Of a stretch of DNA of 64,000 nt, positions 36,963 through 50,400 are shown piece after piece; positions within the stretch are counted from its first letter, which is position 1; every line of letters begins with the position of its first letter. The position numbers were made by a program, and so were the translations under genes. Source of the DNA: Chara braunii. Taxonomy: Eukaryota > Plantae > Charophyceae. The DNA lies in the NCBI GenBank assembly GCA_003427395.1, contig BFEA01000001.1, forward strand, positions 12,710,062 through 12,774,061, given 5' to 3'. A model generated the notes under the pieces. That model ran no database searches, had not been told where the DNA came from, and was given only the letters and a program-made list of their open reading frames with translations.

Positions 36963-38923
36963 CTTTCTTTTTTTTTCTTTTTTTTTTGAGAGCAAATATC
37001 ATTATATTACCAACATGGAAATCTTTTAGGCCAGGGACCTCACAATTCTACCTGGAGTCACATATTTGTGTCACCTGAAACTGCAGGAAACCGGGCCTGC
37101 GTCCCATGTCCAAAACCACTCCCAAAAAAAAAACTTAAACTTAAGTCCAGTAAAAGTGGTACTCTTTACTCACACTGAGGAATCAAATTCTGCTATTACG
37201 TGGCCATCTCTTCGATGAGTATTCCTGGGAATCCTGGCCACTGTTGGCCATGGACGGTGAGGACCCGATTCGTCTCAGGGGTCTGCATTGTGGTCAAACC
37301 CCGCTCATCTGGGTCCCGTTTTGATGAGGAGCAAACACTGTCCACGATTTGCTTTTTTGTGCTGACCACCACTCTGGCCACTTGCTTCCAATCCACTTCA
37401 TTGGGCCTCTCGAATTGGTTCAGTGTATCAGTTATTTGGTGGTTTTTAAGAATGAATTTCCTGATTTTCTCCCAATGCAGAGGCGGGATTCTTTCATGGC
37501 GGGAGATGGCTTCTGGTGACAGCATCTTGAGCAAAACCCAGTCCACCATTTCTTTTAACTGTTTTTTGACTCTTCTGTTTGATATGGTTGTCCGGAGGTC
37601 TGCTCTTTGTTTCGTTTGCATGTTCGTGGTCTGTTGCTGGCTTTCTTAGGCTGGTTGGTCTCTCCCTGGATCCGTTGTGCCCCCGTGCCGTTGTGTGTTG
37701 TGTGTTGTTGGCAGCGGTTCCCCATCCCTTTCCCTTGTGGCTTCCTCTCCAGTATCTAATGCGATATCTCCTTGGTGATCCCGTGGTCTATGGCACTCCT
37801 CAGCATCTTCCAAGCTCTCCCCGTCTGTTTCTGTAGCATCTAGGATGGTGTCCCCTTGGTGGTCTAAGGGGAGAGGTTGCTGTTGCTGCAGTGCCCATGA
37901 TGTTTGTGCCTGTACCTGTTCCATGGCTCTTGCGTGGTCCAGCGCTTGGGTCTGGAGCAGGAGGTGTGTCTGCGCTTGGGCTTGGGCCTGAGCCATTGCT
38001 TGGGCCTGAATCTCAGCCATCACGGCGGCTTCCGCCTGGGCGCGGATGTTGGCTTGGGCCTGTTCATGGGCACACAGTTGGCTCTGAGCTAGGACCCAGG
38101 CACTCGTTTGAGCCTGCGCTTGGGCCTGTGCTTGTGCATGGGCTCTAGCCCTATCTTGTGTTTGGGCATAGGCCACCTGTTGGGCCCGTCGCTGGGTGTT
38201 ACCTTCAGCCCAGGTTTCGGCGTCCGTCCTGTTTTGCAGCTGTTGTTGTTGCATGTCCGTCCGGCTGATGTTGGGGTCTTCCGGGCGGAGGCACCTATCC
38301 AGGGCAGGTTTGCGTGAGGGTTGCCGGTAGGGATCATCATTGTTCTGTAATATTAGATCACCTTGGTAGTCCAGATGTTGATTTTGTTGGAGTTGTCTGT
38401 CTGCCGACTGATCGGAGGGTGTGGGCTGATCTTCCACTGTCACCATCGGGGGGTCGGGTATCTTATGTTCTTCCTGTGACTGGTCCTTGTCTCCCAGTAC
38501 CCATGGCAGTTCCTGTTCCACCGTGTCCTGTTCAGGCACGGGGGACAGCGGGTGGTAAGACTGACGTCCCGGCATGAGCTTCGCTGTGTGTAGGCATACG
38601 GGGAACCCTGTAGCAGCCAGAACTGTGTTCACGAGAGGACATGCGGGGGCTGCTCCCGACCTGCAGGTGGGTGATACCGGCTAGGGGACAGCCGGTAGCA
38701 TCAGGGACCATGCCAACAGGACCAATCCCTGTGCCTCCCGTACGGTCCCCTCCCCTACAAACATCAGCAGACTCTGCTCAATGCTGATCAGGGGATCCAG
38801 TGGTCTATCTCTAGGTGGCGGGTGCCAAGCATGCCCAGGAAGGTACATGAGGCCATGGGGATTGAACCCACGACCTCCTGAATGCCACTTGCGTGCCTTA
38901 CCAACTGAGTTAGGCCGCTGGAT
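36963..38923 (-). mobile_element. tRNA-headed ~1.96-kb retroposon with a long ORF
   Basis: SINE head/body 38596-38923, ORF, core hairpin 37081-37105, 3' motif ~37028-37058, polyA; no TSD found. Confidence 0.65.
37196..38575 (-). pseudogene. ~459-codon cargo ORF with one internal stop
   Basis: ORFs 37646-38632 and 37196-37621 are in the same frame; AQ-repeat coiled coil, three D(H/Y)QGD repeats, helical C-terminal domain. Confidence 0.7.
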
Positions 38924-38958
38924 AGGGTGACTTAGTTTCATTCAAACCAGTGTCTTAA

Positions 38959-39159
38959 ACCACCAGTACTTGGCCCAGCTATCGGCCACGGTGCTTTCCC
39001 ATTAACGCGCCACGCCTTTAGGGCTTCGGGGTACCAGACCACAATGGCTGGAAGCGCCAGCCAATTTTTTTTTGAAACGGTATCCCGGCGCTTCGACGAA
39101 AATTGGCGCGCAGGGGCATTCCAGGCTTGGCATCGATAGCTGGGCCAAGTACTGGTGGT
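38959..39159. mobile_element. TTAA-flanked MITE
   Basis: Inverted copy of 10143-10327. Confidence 0.85.
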
Positions 39160-40007
39160 TTAAAGAAACAGTTCAGCCGAGCCTGAATTCATGCATTTCT
39201 CAGTTGGTCGGCCACCACTGGCTTATGCACCCTTGTGGTTTAGTTGCAGGTTCCAATCCTCGGACTTGCAATCCGTGCTACATGGCTGTGTGCCCGATGA
39301 ACGGAGAACGGGCTGAATTCAACGCCGTTCAACCCGTTTAACAGGCCTGGGGACACAAAAACGGGGGGGTCCCGTCGAATTCCGAAAAACGGAATTCGCG
39401 CGTTGGGCCTTGGACACGTGGCCCTACACGCCCAAACACCAAAAACAGGAAAAAAAAATAAAAAATTTGACCCCTATTAACAGGGCGGGGTGGCCAAACA
39501 TGCCCCTCCCTTTCAAAAATCAAACTACAAGAGGGAAAAAAGATGGGGCCACCCCATACCCCAACACCGTGAGCACATGTGGGACGCCGGGGACAGCTGT
39601 GGGACGAGGAAAAGTGGTAAATAATAAAAAGCTAAAGAAGGAAACACCCCTCGTCACCGTGATGAGGGACTGGTACAACCTTGCTCTCGCACCACAGCTG
39701 TGGTGCAAACCTAAGCCCTTGTGCCATCCCTCTATCCCAGAAGTGGTACGAGAACCGCCAGAATTGAGGGCTTGACTGTCGGGCTGCTCCATCTATTGGT
39801 GGGGAGCGGCACCTGCTGGAAACCGGGTCCAGCGTCCCATTGATAGATCTTGTCACACAAAAATATTGCTGATTGTTGTTCCCTGGGACTGTATTAGTTT
39901 CTGTCGCTGTTCCGGGGCTCCAAACCTACCCCGTGGGCTGGGGAGAGATCTGGGTTGGTTGGTGTTTTCCCATACTATAAATAGACTAGTGAGAGGATGA
40001 GATAGAT

Positions 40008-40597
40008 GCCGGCCTAGCTCAGTTGGTAAGGCACAGAAGTTGCATTCAAGAGGTCGTGGGTTCAATCCCCATGGCCTCACGTACGTGCCTGGGCAAGTTT
40101 GGTGTTCTACCAGCTAGAGATAACCCCTTGGCCCCCCAAGCCAGCATTGGCAGGACCTTGGTTGATGTTGTTGGTTGCTATGCAGCTACAATATTGGCCA
40201 TTAAACACCACCATGTGTAGGGTTTGGGGGGGGGGTAGGGGGAGGTGCAGTGACTGGCCATTGCTCGGCGCTAGCACCGCCAATTTCGTCCATCGGCAAT
40301 GCCTGCCCACCCCTCGTCACTGTGATGAGGGACTGGTACAGCCTTCCTCGCCCACCACTGCTGTGGGCTGGGGAATGCCTGCCCACCCCTCGTCACCGTG
40401 ATGAGGGACTGGTACAGCCTTGCTCGCGCACCACTGCTGTGGGCTGGGGAATGCCTGCCCATCCCTCGTCACCGTGATGAGGGACTGGTACAGCCTTGCT
40501 CGCGCACCACTGCTGTGGGCTGGGGAGAGATCCGGGTTGGTTGGTGTTCCCCCGTACTACACATATATAGCCTTAAAAAAAAAAAAAAAAAAAAAAA
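40008..40597 (+). mobile_element. tRNA-derived SINE (third 3' type) with ~76-bp tandem repeat x3
   Basis: A/B boxes, TGC anticodon-like loop, repeats ~40300-40525, polyA; truncated sister copy ~39646-39985 interrupted by an antisense core-motif insert. Confidence 0.8.
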
Positions 40598-40637
40598 GAT
40601 TGAGAGAAGAATATAGATTACTTTATAAAAATAAAAA

Positions 40638-40935
40638 GGGAAAATTTTTGAAATGCCCCTGAAGTTTGCGTTTATTTGTGATTTGCCCCTCCGACGGCCG
40701 ACTTACCCTGATTTGCCCCTCCTACAAGGATTCAAGTTTCCAAAAAAACCCTGGCGTCAATTGGGCCTGAAATATGTTCAATATGCCCCTACCGGTACCA
40801 GTGCCAAATTTCCAATATACCCCTACCGGAGAGCCGATGGGTACCAGTGCCAGATTTCCATGCTACATCGAGCCAACTCCTACCGTCTATAATGGTATGT
40901 TCACGGCTGTACATTACCCTCCCACCTCCACATCG

Positions 40936-40981
<46 letters not shown>

Positions 40982-41285
40982 NNNNNNNNNNNNNNNNNNN
41001 NNNNNNNNNNNNNNNNNNNNNNNNNNNNNNNNNNNNNNNNNNNNNNNNNNNNNNNNNNNNNNNNNNNNNNNNNNNNNNNNNNNNNNNNNNNNNNNNNNNN
41101 NNNNNNNNNNNNNNNNNNNNNNNNNNNNNNNNNNNNNNNNNNNNNNNNNNNNNNNNNNNNNNNNNNNNNNNNNNNNNNNNNNNNNNNNNNNNNNNNNNNN
41201 NNNNNNNNNNNNNNNNNNNNNNNNNNNNNNNNNNNNNNNNNNNNNNNNNNCACACACACACACACACACAGAGACACACACACAC

Positions 41286-41335
<50 letters not shown>

Positions 41336-41716
41336 GCGTGGAAGAAGGGGAGGAACACTCACCTTCGGCAACGTTCTCCGAGGATGTCGAAGGCGGCGGC
41401 AGGTCGCAGTACCAGAAGAATGAACTCCGCGGTGAATTGAAGCAGTGGACACAGGAGTTTGAATTTGAATTCTGAGGTCCTCCCCGCTCGGAGGGCATTC
41501 CAGGAAGATGCATCCAATGCAGAAGGGCAAAATGGACAGCCACCACAGGAAATGGGACCGGCCTACTGGTAGGGGTATTCCGAAAAGTTGTGCCCCTCAC
41601 TGACAGGGGCTTTTCCGAAAGTTCAGAGGCTCCAGGGGCAAATCAGAGTAAGTCGGCCGTAGGAGGGGCGAATCGCGAATAAACGCGAACTTCAGGGGCA
41701 TTTCAAAAATTTTCCC
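40638..41716. mobile_element. Non-autonomous Mutator-like element
   Basis: ~85-bp TIRs starting GGGAAAATTTTTGAAATGCCCC; 9-bp TSD AAATAAAAA. Confidence 0.9.
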
Positions 41717-41931
41717 AAATAAAAAAGAGAAGGAAACGAACTGTGTGCTCGTGAGACATTATTGGTCCTCCCTAAAGAGGCACCAACTGTCCGTGAGGGA
41801 AAGAAACAGAACATTGGGCTGCCCTTATAGCGGATGTATCAACCCAGAGCATTGGGAAAGATACATTCACCAATGGGCACATTTGCTGGGAAGTGGTAGT
41901 GCTTGGCTGTTCATAGTTGGCAGAGTGATTT

Positions 41932-42325
41932 TTTTTTTTTTTTTTTAAAGGGCGATGGCCTTGAGGTATCATCATCGGACTAACCAGCCCAGGTAAATTC
42001 AATATTGTGTCTAATCTGACAGGGGGTGGCCTTTTCAGCCCAGGGTGGCCTTGATTGCCTTCAGGGAACCCCCAACGGGGGACACCGGCCAGGGGACAGC
42101 CGGTAGCAGAGGGACCGAGCATCATCCGAGTGGCCAGTCACTGTGCCTCCCTGATTACCCCTCCCCCTATCAGCAGAGACTGCTTTCTTAATGCCAATTG
42201 GGGGGACCAACGGGCTATCTCTAGGTGGCGGGCGCCAAGCATGCCCAGGAAGGTACATGGGGATTGAACCCAAGACCTCCAGAATGCCACTTGTGTGCCT
42301 TACCAACTGAGCTAGGCCGCTGGAT
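41932..42325 (-). mobile_element. tRNA-derived SINE
   Basis: A/B boxes, polyA, TSD GCAGAGTGATTT. Confidence 0.92.
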
Positions 42326-44198
42326 GCAGAGTGATTTGTCTGCTTAGTTCTGAATCAAAACAAAGAAAAAAAAGGAAAGAAAAAAGGACAATCTATTTCT
42401 TTGACACTGTCAGGACCCCGTTTGGCCTCTACCCCATCCAGACTCAGGGTAGAAACTGCACAGGGTCGGAGAGGCACTGGGCCTCGCACCAGTACTAACC
42501 CCTCTCCAAATTCTTCAATTGTTCATGTATAGCTGTCAGGCTATCCACAACGTCCAAAAGCCGGTACGGTTCCACATACTATCCACTATACAGCTCTCCA
42601 ATTTGTGAGTGCACTACGAGAGGTCGTGACAGCATTAGAAGAGGCCACGTCATCAGCATTTTTACGGGTGGGACTCCAGGCACACTTCCCAAAGCCGGGC
42701 ACTGGACTGTGAGTTCCTGGAAGGACTCTCCTCCAAAACCGCCACTACCTTTCTTATATGTCGGCCGCGGGGTGGGTCCCACTCGTTTCAGAGGCTGGTA
42801 GCCGCCAATGAAAAATGTCAGCGGCCGCGATTTTTCCAGAATACATAATTTTCCCAAACGGGACTACAGCTGCGAAAGGCACTGTTGGTTTAACGAATTT
42901 TGCAGGTTGGAAACTTCACAAAGTCCGATAGTGGTACCGGATAGTGACGTCTGACAACTATCCGTAGAATTTTTGTACACCAATTTCGCACAGTATGTGG
43001 AGTGACGTCCAACTCTCCAAATTTGAAGAGTGGACAGCAGTGGAGCGAGGACCATTCTTTACTGCATCAAAACTGCTGTCCAATATGAGGACAGCTTGTG
43101 TTCATTCAAAAAGTGATGCAATCAAAACAAACTACTATCACTGGGGCTAGGACCCACTTGCTAAGTAGTGCTATGTCGCGACCTCAGTTTCTATCACATG
43201 TGGCATTTTCAGGTCATCACTGCCGTTGATCACACGTCGAAGAGACAGCCCATGCAATTTCCACGAGATGCGGTCGTCGTTTTCCCACTCCCTTCAATGA
43301 AAGGATTTGTAATTTTTTTAAAAGCTTTAAATTTATGTTGCTGCATTGCAACAGGCGTGAAGTTTCATTCGTATGGTTTTCAAAGTGAGGGGGTGATTTT
43401 GCCATTCGATTTTTTTTTTTTTTAATCCAAGAAATCCACTTGCGTTTTCCAAAAAAAAAAGCATCGAGTGGCTTTGACAGAACGCCTTCGCTCCTAACGG
43501 GTTGGCAGGTTCGATTCCTAAGAACAACGGGCATGTGACGCTCAACCTCACACCCTGCTCACTTTCCTTGTGGGAGTGACTAAAGCGCAGGAAGGGGTTT
43601 GGAAAGCGGCAAAATGGGGTGTGCCGAGGATTTTTGGAAAATGGAGTGTGGAGACACAGACAAAACTCAAATCTCCCGTGTGGTCCCATACATGGAGGGA
43701 CAAACAAAAGCGGGAAGGGGGCAGGGAAGGGTCCTAACGACTATCTAATCCAAAAAATATCGTTGAACTTCATCACATACAGCGCGCCATCTTTTGCCTG
43801 GTCGAAAGGGAGGGGGAACGCACGTCGGATCTCGGTTTGGAACAAGCGACCGACAACATTCGTCGCAAAGCTCAGCATCCGAGTCAGAGGGCTGCAGCCT
43901 CACGGCTTTTCTTTGAATTCCTCCTCGCTGTGTGTCCGATAGTTGAAGCCTTGGGCTTGAAAGCGCTCCGTGCGATGACAATCACTACACAGGGTGCGAG
44001 GCCAATGGGGACCAACCGTCGGCCACAGGATAACGATCAACTCGTTGAAGGAGACCACAACGGAGTAGGGAGGGAAATGGGCATCTACAATCACAAAACC
44101 AGCATTGACGAATCATGACCACTGTGCTTCACAAGGGAAGTGATAAAGGTCGTTGATCTTGGTGATGGCTTCTCGTATGTCCCACTCGCAAATAAGCG

Positions 44199-44200
<2 letters not shown>

Positions 44201-44229
<29 letters not shown>

Positions 44230-44481
44230 CCCCCCTCACCTGTGATAGTGGTGCTGATAAGAGCAGACACCACTACCACTTGGGGAGGGGCTCCATCTAT
44301 TGGTGGGGAGTATCACCTGCTGGAAAATGGGTCCAGCGTCCCATGAACAGTTTGTCATCAGAGAATCTCAGAAAAGGCCAAATCGAAGACTCCTGCCAGC
44401 ATTGATTACCCTGAAATACAGGGGATTGACTGAGCAGGGCTTTTGAAAAAACAGAGAAAATGGCTAGCAAAAAATGCTGGA
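44201..44481 (-). mobile_element. 5'-truncated core-motif retroposon
   Basis: TSD AAATAAGCGTC, polyA, core hairpins 44290-44342. Confidence 0.85.
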
Positions 44482-47400
44482 AAATAAGCGTCATATCCTC
44501 GTTGTACGGGGAATGTCGTGGGCGGGGAGATTTGAGAAGTTGACGCCCCAATGACTCCATAGGCTCAATCCACATGGCCGATACATGCACATCCACCGTT
44601 CACAAAACAAAGGGATCAAATACCATTAACTTCAGGGATTGCCTTCGTGATGGAAATCAGGCAATATGAACTAACTCTCACGTCCGGTATTCCGCCATCG
44701 TGGGAGATTACCCAAGAAACTAATGGACAAGTCCAAGACGAAGTTTCCTAAACAAACAACAACGGGTTCTTCAAAAGAAGGGAATCGAAGACAAAGATAA
44801 GTCCTGAGTGACGTAAACTAAAATCCCCACGTCGATACATAGAATTGAGTGTTCCCTTTGACGCAACAAGAAGACCAAAGATCTTCACGAGTGGAGCAGC
44901 TCTAAGAGTTGCGCATTCCAAAACCCTCCAATGTAGTTAAGGAGATTCATTCATTCATTCAAAATGAAAATAAGGCATGGAGAGCGGAGAAATGAAGATC
45001 ATTGGTCCGGAGGGTTGCACATTCGCAATCGGTAACAACGGGGCGAGGCTCCTTATTACACTCTTCCTTGCACGTGGAAGATTGTCCCGAGAAACAAGCC
45101 TGTTGAGTCGGTTGCGAGCGCGGAGGGCACCTCCTACAAAATCTTCAACAAAGGGAAAATAAAAGAAAGCCGCATACATCCATCATTGATGCATCATTTC
45201 AATCCCAAAAAGAGAGGAAGAGGAGATACATGCATTTCACCAAGGATCGTCCAGTGAGATCTTGACAACAAAAGAGCGAGACGAGGGTTGCAATTGAAGA
45301 CCCACATTCGTATACGGATTATCATCGCAAAGCAAAACATGCAAACATTCATTCACTCATGCATCCATAGAAACGGAGGAGAGAGAGAGAGAAAGGTATA
45401 CACTTGCAAGCTTCTGGAAGGAAAAATTGACAAACTGCTATGCAACTTAGCTCCAACAATGGCAAGAAGAAGAACAATAAAACATGGCACAACACCTTTC
45501 ATTCTCGAACTATGGCCCCAAGCCACCCGATTAATTGTCAATACACATTTCCTGACTCGAGTACTTGCGATCCCAGCTGCCACGTACCTAACGCTAAACT
45601 CAACGATCGTCACCACGCCGCTCAACTATAACGCGGATTCGCCCAGTCCATCGCAACAATCCAACGCGCAATTCTGCAAAGTTGCAGTCGTCAGGACTTT
45701 CCAACTCGCTGATCACCACCTCATGTAGCCACTACTCCACCAGAGTTGGCTGATGTATTGTGAGATAGCAAAAACGGCTTGTGAAGGACGGGGAAAGAGA
45801 ACACGCAGAAAGAGCAAAAAAAGGAGAAGATGAGAAACACGGTACAGAAAGATGCATGCACGCATAACTCAAACAGACACAAAAATAGTTACACGAAATG
45901 TAAGTGAAGTCGCGCCTAATTCCTAACACCGAATTGAAATTGAACAAGTTCGAAAGAAAATTTCACTCACGAAATATGAAACGCGTGAATTTGTACACCT
46001 TCACATTGTTCACAGGGCTTACAAGGGCATCTTAAAAAAAAATGTACATATACAAGGAAAGGATCCATTGCCAAGTATCCCAATGAGTACCAGTACCAGT
46101 GATTTTCATATTCCAAGAAAATTGAAGTAAAATGAATTTCGAGCATGCTCGCTGAGGCTCGTGTAAATCCTATGTAAAAGTACATCAAAATACAAGGAAA
46201 ACTCTAAAAACTATAGAAACGAAGAGTCAAGATTGGCGGACATATCCTATGCATCGGGTCTATCAAGGACAAACACTTGTGAACAACGAAAGGCCAAAAG
46301 CACAACCGAGTCATGTTGAGCCCGACATCACCATCCGTCGAAAATGCAACCTGAACCGGGTAGAGGAATAGGAACTGGATAAGATCGACGCCACTAATTC
46401 ACAAAGCGCTAAAAAAAAGGAAGGGGCTCATGAGCTTGTTCGTGCACAAAAGTTGGTGCGTCACAACCATATGCATCTCTCCCTTTTTTGGCTCCATTTT
46501 CATTCATATCACCATGCAGGAGGACGGGTTGCAAGAACACGGTTCATTCCATTTGTGTTAGAAATTGTACGCAGGGCTCCATGAAACAATTTCCTACAAC
46601 GGAAAGTACCGCTATGTAAAAACGGGCCCACAAATTTGGCCTTGCCCATTTGTCACAAGCTGTTTCATTGTACTGGAAGTACATGTATGGATACAACACC
46701 TTAAGGCCAAGGTACGACGACTAGTACGGGAAAGGTACGATTTTTGCTCAAAGTCAGTACATAGTCATTCTGAGTTGCGGGGCTGCCCTTTGCAGTTGTA
46801 GTTGACGCCATCTCTGATAGTTGCCTCTACTCTCTTCGACAGTGCCCCGTTATCTCCCTCTTTTCCCTCCCCATCTCCAACAACCCACGCATCTATAGCC
46901 AGTCACCCGGGTCCCGGGGGAGTGTCCGGCATCCAAGATTGGGGGTACTTCCAGTCCCCCGCTTGTGGTCCTTTGGGAGGGACACCGATGACAGCCCCTA
47001 AGGGCCAGGGACTCACACCCATGCAAAGGCCCGCGCCGCATCCACAATGTTGTTCCTCCCAGTTCACGGGCAGCGAAACCCAATACCCCTATCATGACAC
47101 TGATGGGACACAAGTCCCAATATCTCGGGAGGTGTCACTGTACCATTGAGGATAGGGTTTCCATCATGGCATGCGAGGGGCTCGCAGGTTGTGCCTTCTT
47201 GCTCGCCCGACAACCACAGGTTGGGTCCCTGGTGAGCCCCGTTCAAACGAGGTCAGACCGTCACCTCCTCATGCCACCAGTGAGGCTTCCGGGAGGGTAC
47301 TAGTTGGATATTAATATAGAAGATGAACATAGTATGAGGGAGTGGCTGAGGTCCTGAGGATGCGAGCTATTACAGAGGTTGAGTGCCTCTCTCCGGACAT

Positions 47401-50400
47401 TGCACAACATGAGAATCTTTCGCAGACGCATTCTCTATCTCAATATGTTGACAATCACTACATGAATCTCGTGCAGTCACTCGTGCCATCTGCGAACCAT
47501 GGAGCGCCCAACACACGAGCAAAGGCAATGGGGTCGTCCCATGAGGCACATGTTTCAGCCGTTGTATGGGCCACATCACCGTACACTAGAGAGTGGAGGT
47601 GTTGCGTATGACGGAGTGCGACACTATGAGAAATCAGATTATGCAATCTCCCGCATTATTCGAGAGTTTGAAGCAGGTTATCACGACATGACGGATGTAT
47701 CTGCAAAAGTGAAACATGGTCATGTGTGTGCTTCACCTACTGCTCTCGTACGCTTCCATGCAAAGGTAGTACTTGGAGTCTTGGACCTCGGCAGGCGCAA
47801 CAACGAGTCCAACAATGTACACATCGAACACATGAGACGCCATTGCTGATAGTCCATGGTTGATCCTTTGCGGTTTCCCCAGGTAGCTGCTGTCAAAGCC
47901 AGCAACCTCGTTCACCTGTGACGTTCAACCTCACAACCTGTTCTGTCTTCCTGTCGGAATGATCAATTATGCGGAATAGGCCCTGAAAGAACAGCAAAAT
48001 GTGGTGTGCCAAGTATTCTTGGGAATATTGAGTGTGAAGCGATAGATGGAACGAAAATCCCCGTGTGATTCTAGTTTTTAGTGAGAAAGTGCCATAGCCT
48101 CGCGGGAAAGAAATGGCACGCGCTACTTTCAAACGTTCGCCTAATCCGAAAAGTATCTTTAAACCTCCATGCCGGTTACTCGTCATCTTTTCGAACGGAA
48201 AGGCAAGGATACACATTTGGGATCTTATTTTTGAATCAAATCCTGACACTGCTCATTACAGAGTTCGAAATTCGACATGGGCAGCCTCAACCAGGTCGCT
48301 CTTTTCTTGTATCCGTCTTCTCCATCATCCATGTGTCCGATAGTGGAAGCCCTTTTCCTGATAACGCTCGGTGCGGCAACAATCGCAACATAGAGTGCTG
48401 GGCCAATGGGGCGCCACTACCGTCCACGAGATGACAATCAACTCGTGAAAAGGCAATAATAAACAGTACGGAGGAAAGTGGGTATCGATAGTGACGAAAC
48501 CAGCGTGTACGAATCGCGAGCAACTTGTTTCGGGAGGAAAATCATAGCGCTCATTAGCGATGACTTCTCGTACGTCTCACTCACATACACGGGTCCTTTC
48601 CTCGTTATACAGGAACGGTCGTGATGAGAATACAGGAAGTCAACACCTAGTCGGATCGGGACAATCGATCCACATGGCATATGCAAAACTGGTCATGTAA
48701 GTTCACTCAACCCGTTATTCAATAAAAGCAGTGAACGCTCGCAATGCTATGTGCCAATTGCCTTTCATTCCATCAAGCAAACCGATCCAAAAAATATGAG
48801 TTCGATACAATCAAGAAGATAATCACAATTCATTGAGTGAGTGGTGAGCATGCATTCACATAATCTCGGTAGAATCTTAGCTCGGTTACCTTAGCAAAAA
48901 CAAAATCGATGTAAGCATGTAACAAACCTCGCATGCACGAACCATCCGATGTTAGGAGGCATGAAAGGGGGCAGGGTAAGATCACCCGTGTTTGTTGGTC
49001 CCTCAAATTCAATAACACTCATTTTTACGATGTCCAATTGAATTTGACAGCGATGAGCAGAATAAAGGGATCATAAGATCTTTCCGGCATCCATGAGGTG
49101 AACTGAAGCAAAGAAACAAGAATGAGAGAGAGAGATAACAAGGATGGAATCATAGCTTTTACCGAAGAAGGGGACTAAGAAAAAGAGAGGGAATTTGGAT
49201 CATATAAACAAGCTTGAGGGGGACAACAACCGACTACCCGCCGTGGGCTTAGCTTCCAAAAACAACAGAAGAAGAACCAAAAACCAAGGGGCACCGACCT
49301 TCTGCTCTCTGATTATGGCCCTTGACCATGCAACTACTCGTACATAGATACCCTTCTTACTCAGGTATTGACGATCCTAGGCGCCACATACCAACCTCCA
49401 TACCACAACGATCGTCACCCTACCAACTCAGCTTTTGCACCGACTTGCCCATATTCCACAGCTCGTCGCGGCCACCCGACGCACAACCTTGCGTACACTA
49501 CAGTCAACTCGTCAACACTTTCCGACTCGCTGCATACAAATCACCTAACCACAACTTCCCTGAAGTTGGTAGATGGGTTGAGAGAGAGATTTTCGAACGT
49601 GATTGCGGGTTTTATAGGTGCAAAGAGGGGAAGGGAAGATGGGGAAGAGTGGGGCGGAGATAGGAGGGGGCAAAGAGAGAGTACAGGTTAATTGCCTGAG
49701 GAAAACCATATCGATCCTTGCAAGTCTTTCGCAGCCAATCAGATTACGGTGCACGGGGAGTATTTCTCTTACACGTTGTTGTTTGAGGCTTCAAGTACTC
49801 TGGGGAGGGGATCAGTAGGGAGTTCCTGACTGTGGGTGAAGGTGGGAAGAAAGAGAGCGCAGAGAGTAAAGTGACGCGAGACCAAGATTCAGATGAGAGG
49901 GGAGGGGCAGAAGCGTGAAGAGAGAGGGGGGGGAATGAAAAACAGTTACGGGTGAAAGAGAGAAGGCATGAAGAAGAGAGGGTAAATAATTTGAAGATGG
50001 CATGACTCATAGTGGGAGGCGGGGGAAGCTTGCATATGTGGAATCGACACAGAAAAGAAAAGGTCACCGAAACAATTAGTTTCAGTCATCCTAGTTCTAA
50101 AACTAGTTCAAGATTGAAAATTTCAAAAGCATTATCAGTACATGGAATTGAGCGTGCGAAAATCCAACGTCCATCTAGCTTCATACTGGAAATTCACAAA
50201 GCTTTCAAAGCCGATTCCGGGAACATCCACTTGCAAGAAATGACACGTCGGAGGGAAGAGTGCCCGTAATTTCCAGATTTCCCAACAGTCGGACAAAATT
50301 TCTAGTGCGCTCGCTAAGGCGCGTGTAATTCCTACGTAGATGCATGGATTGCCGAAAAGGAATTGCAAAGAAGTATGAAAAAGAATTTTAAAAACATCGT

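Noticed and set aside
40300-40525. CRISPR array or C/D snoRNA cluster (GTGATGA repeats)
   Set aside because: No unique spacers and no D box; it is a tandem repeat inside a SINE. The 634-723 repeat also lacks spacers.
40774-41600. Long ORFs spanning (CA)n and N gaps
   Set aside because: Artefacts of microsatellites and assembly gaps; the same applies at ~13700, ~18400 and ~62600.
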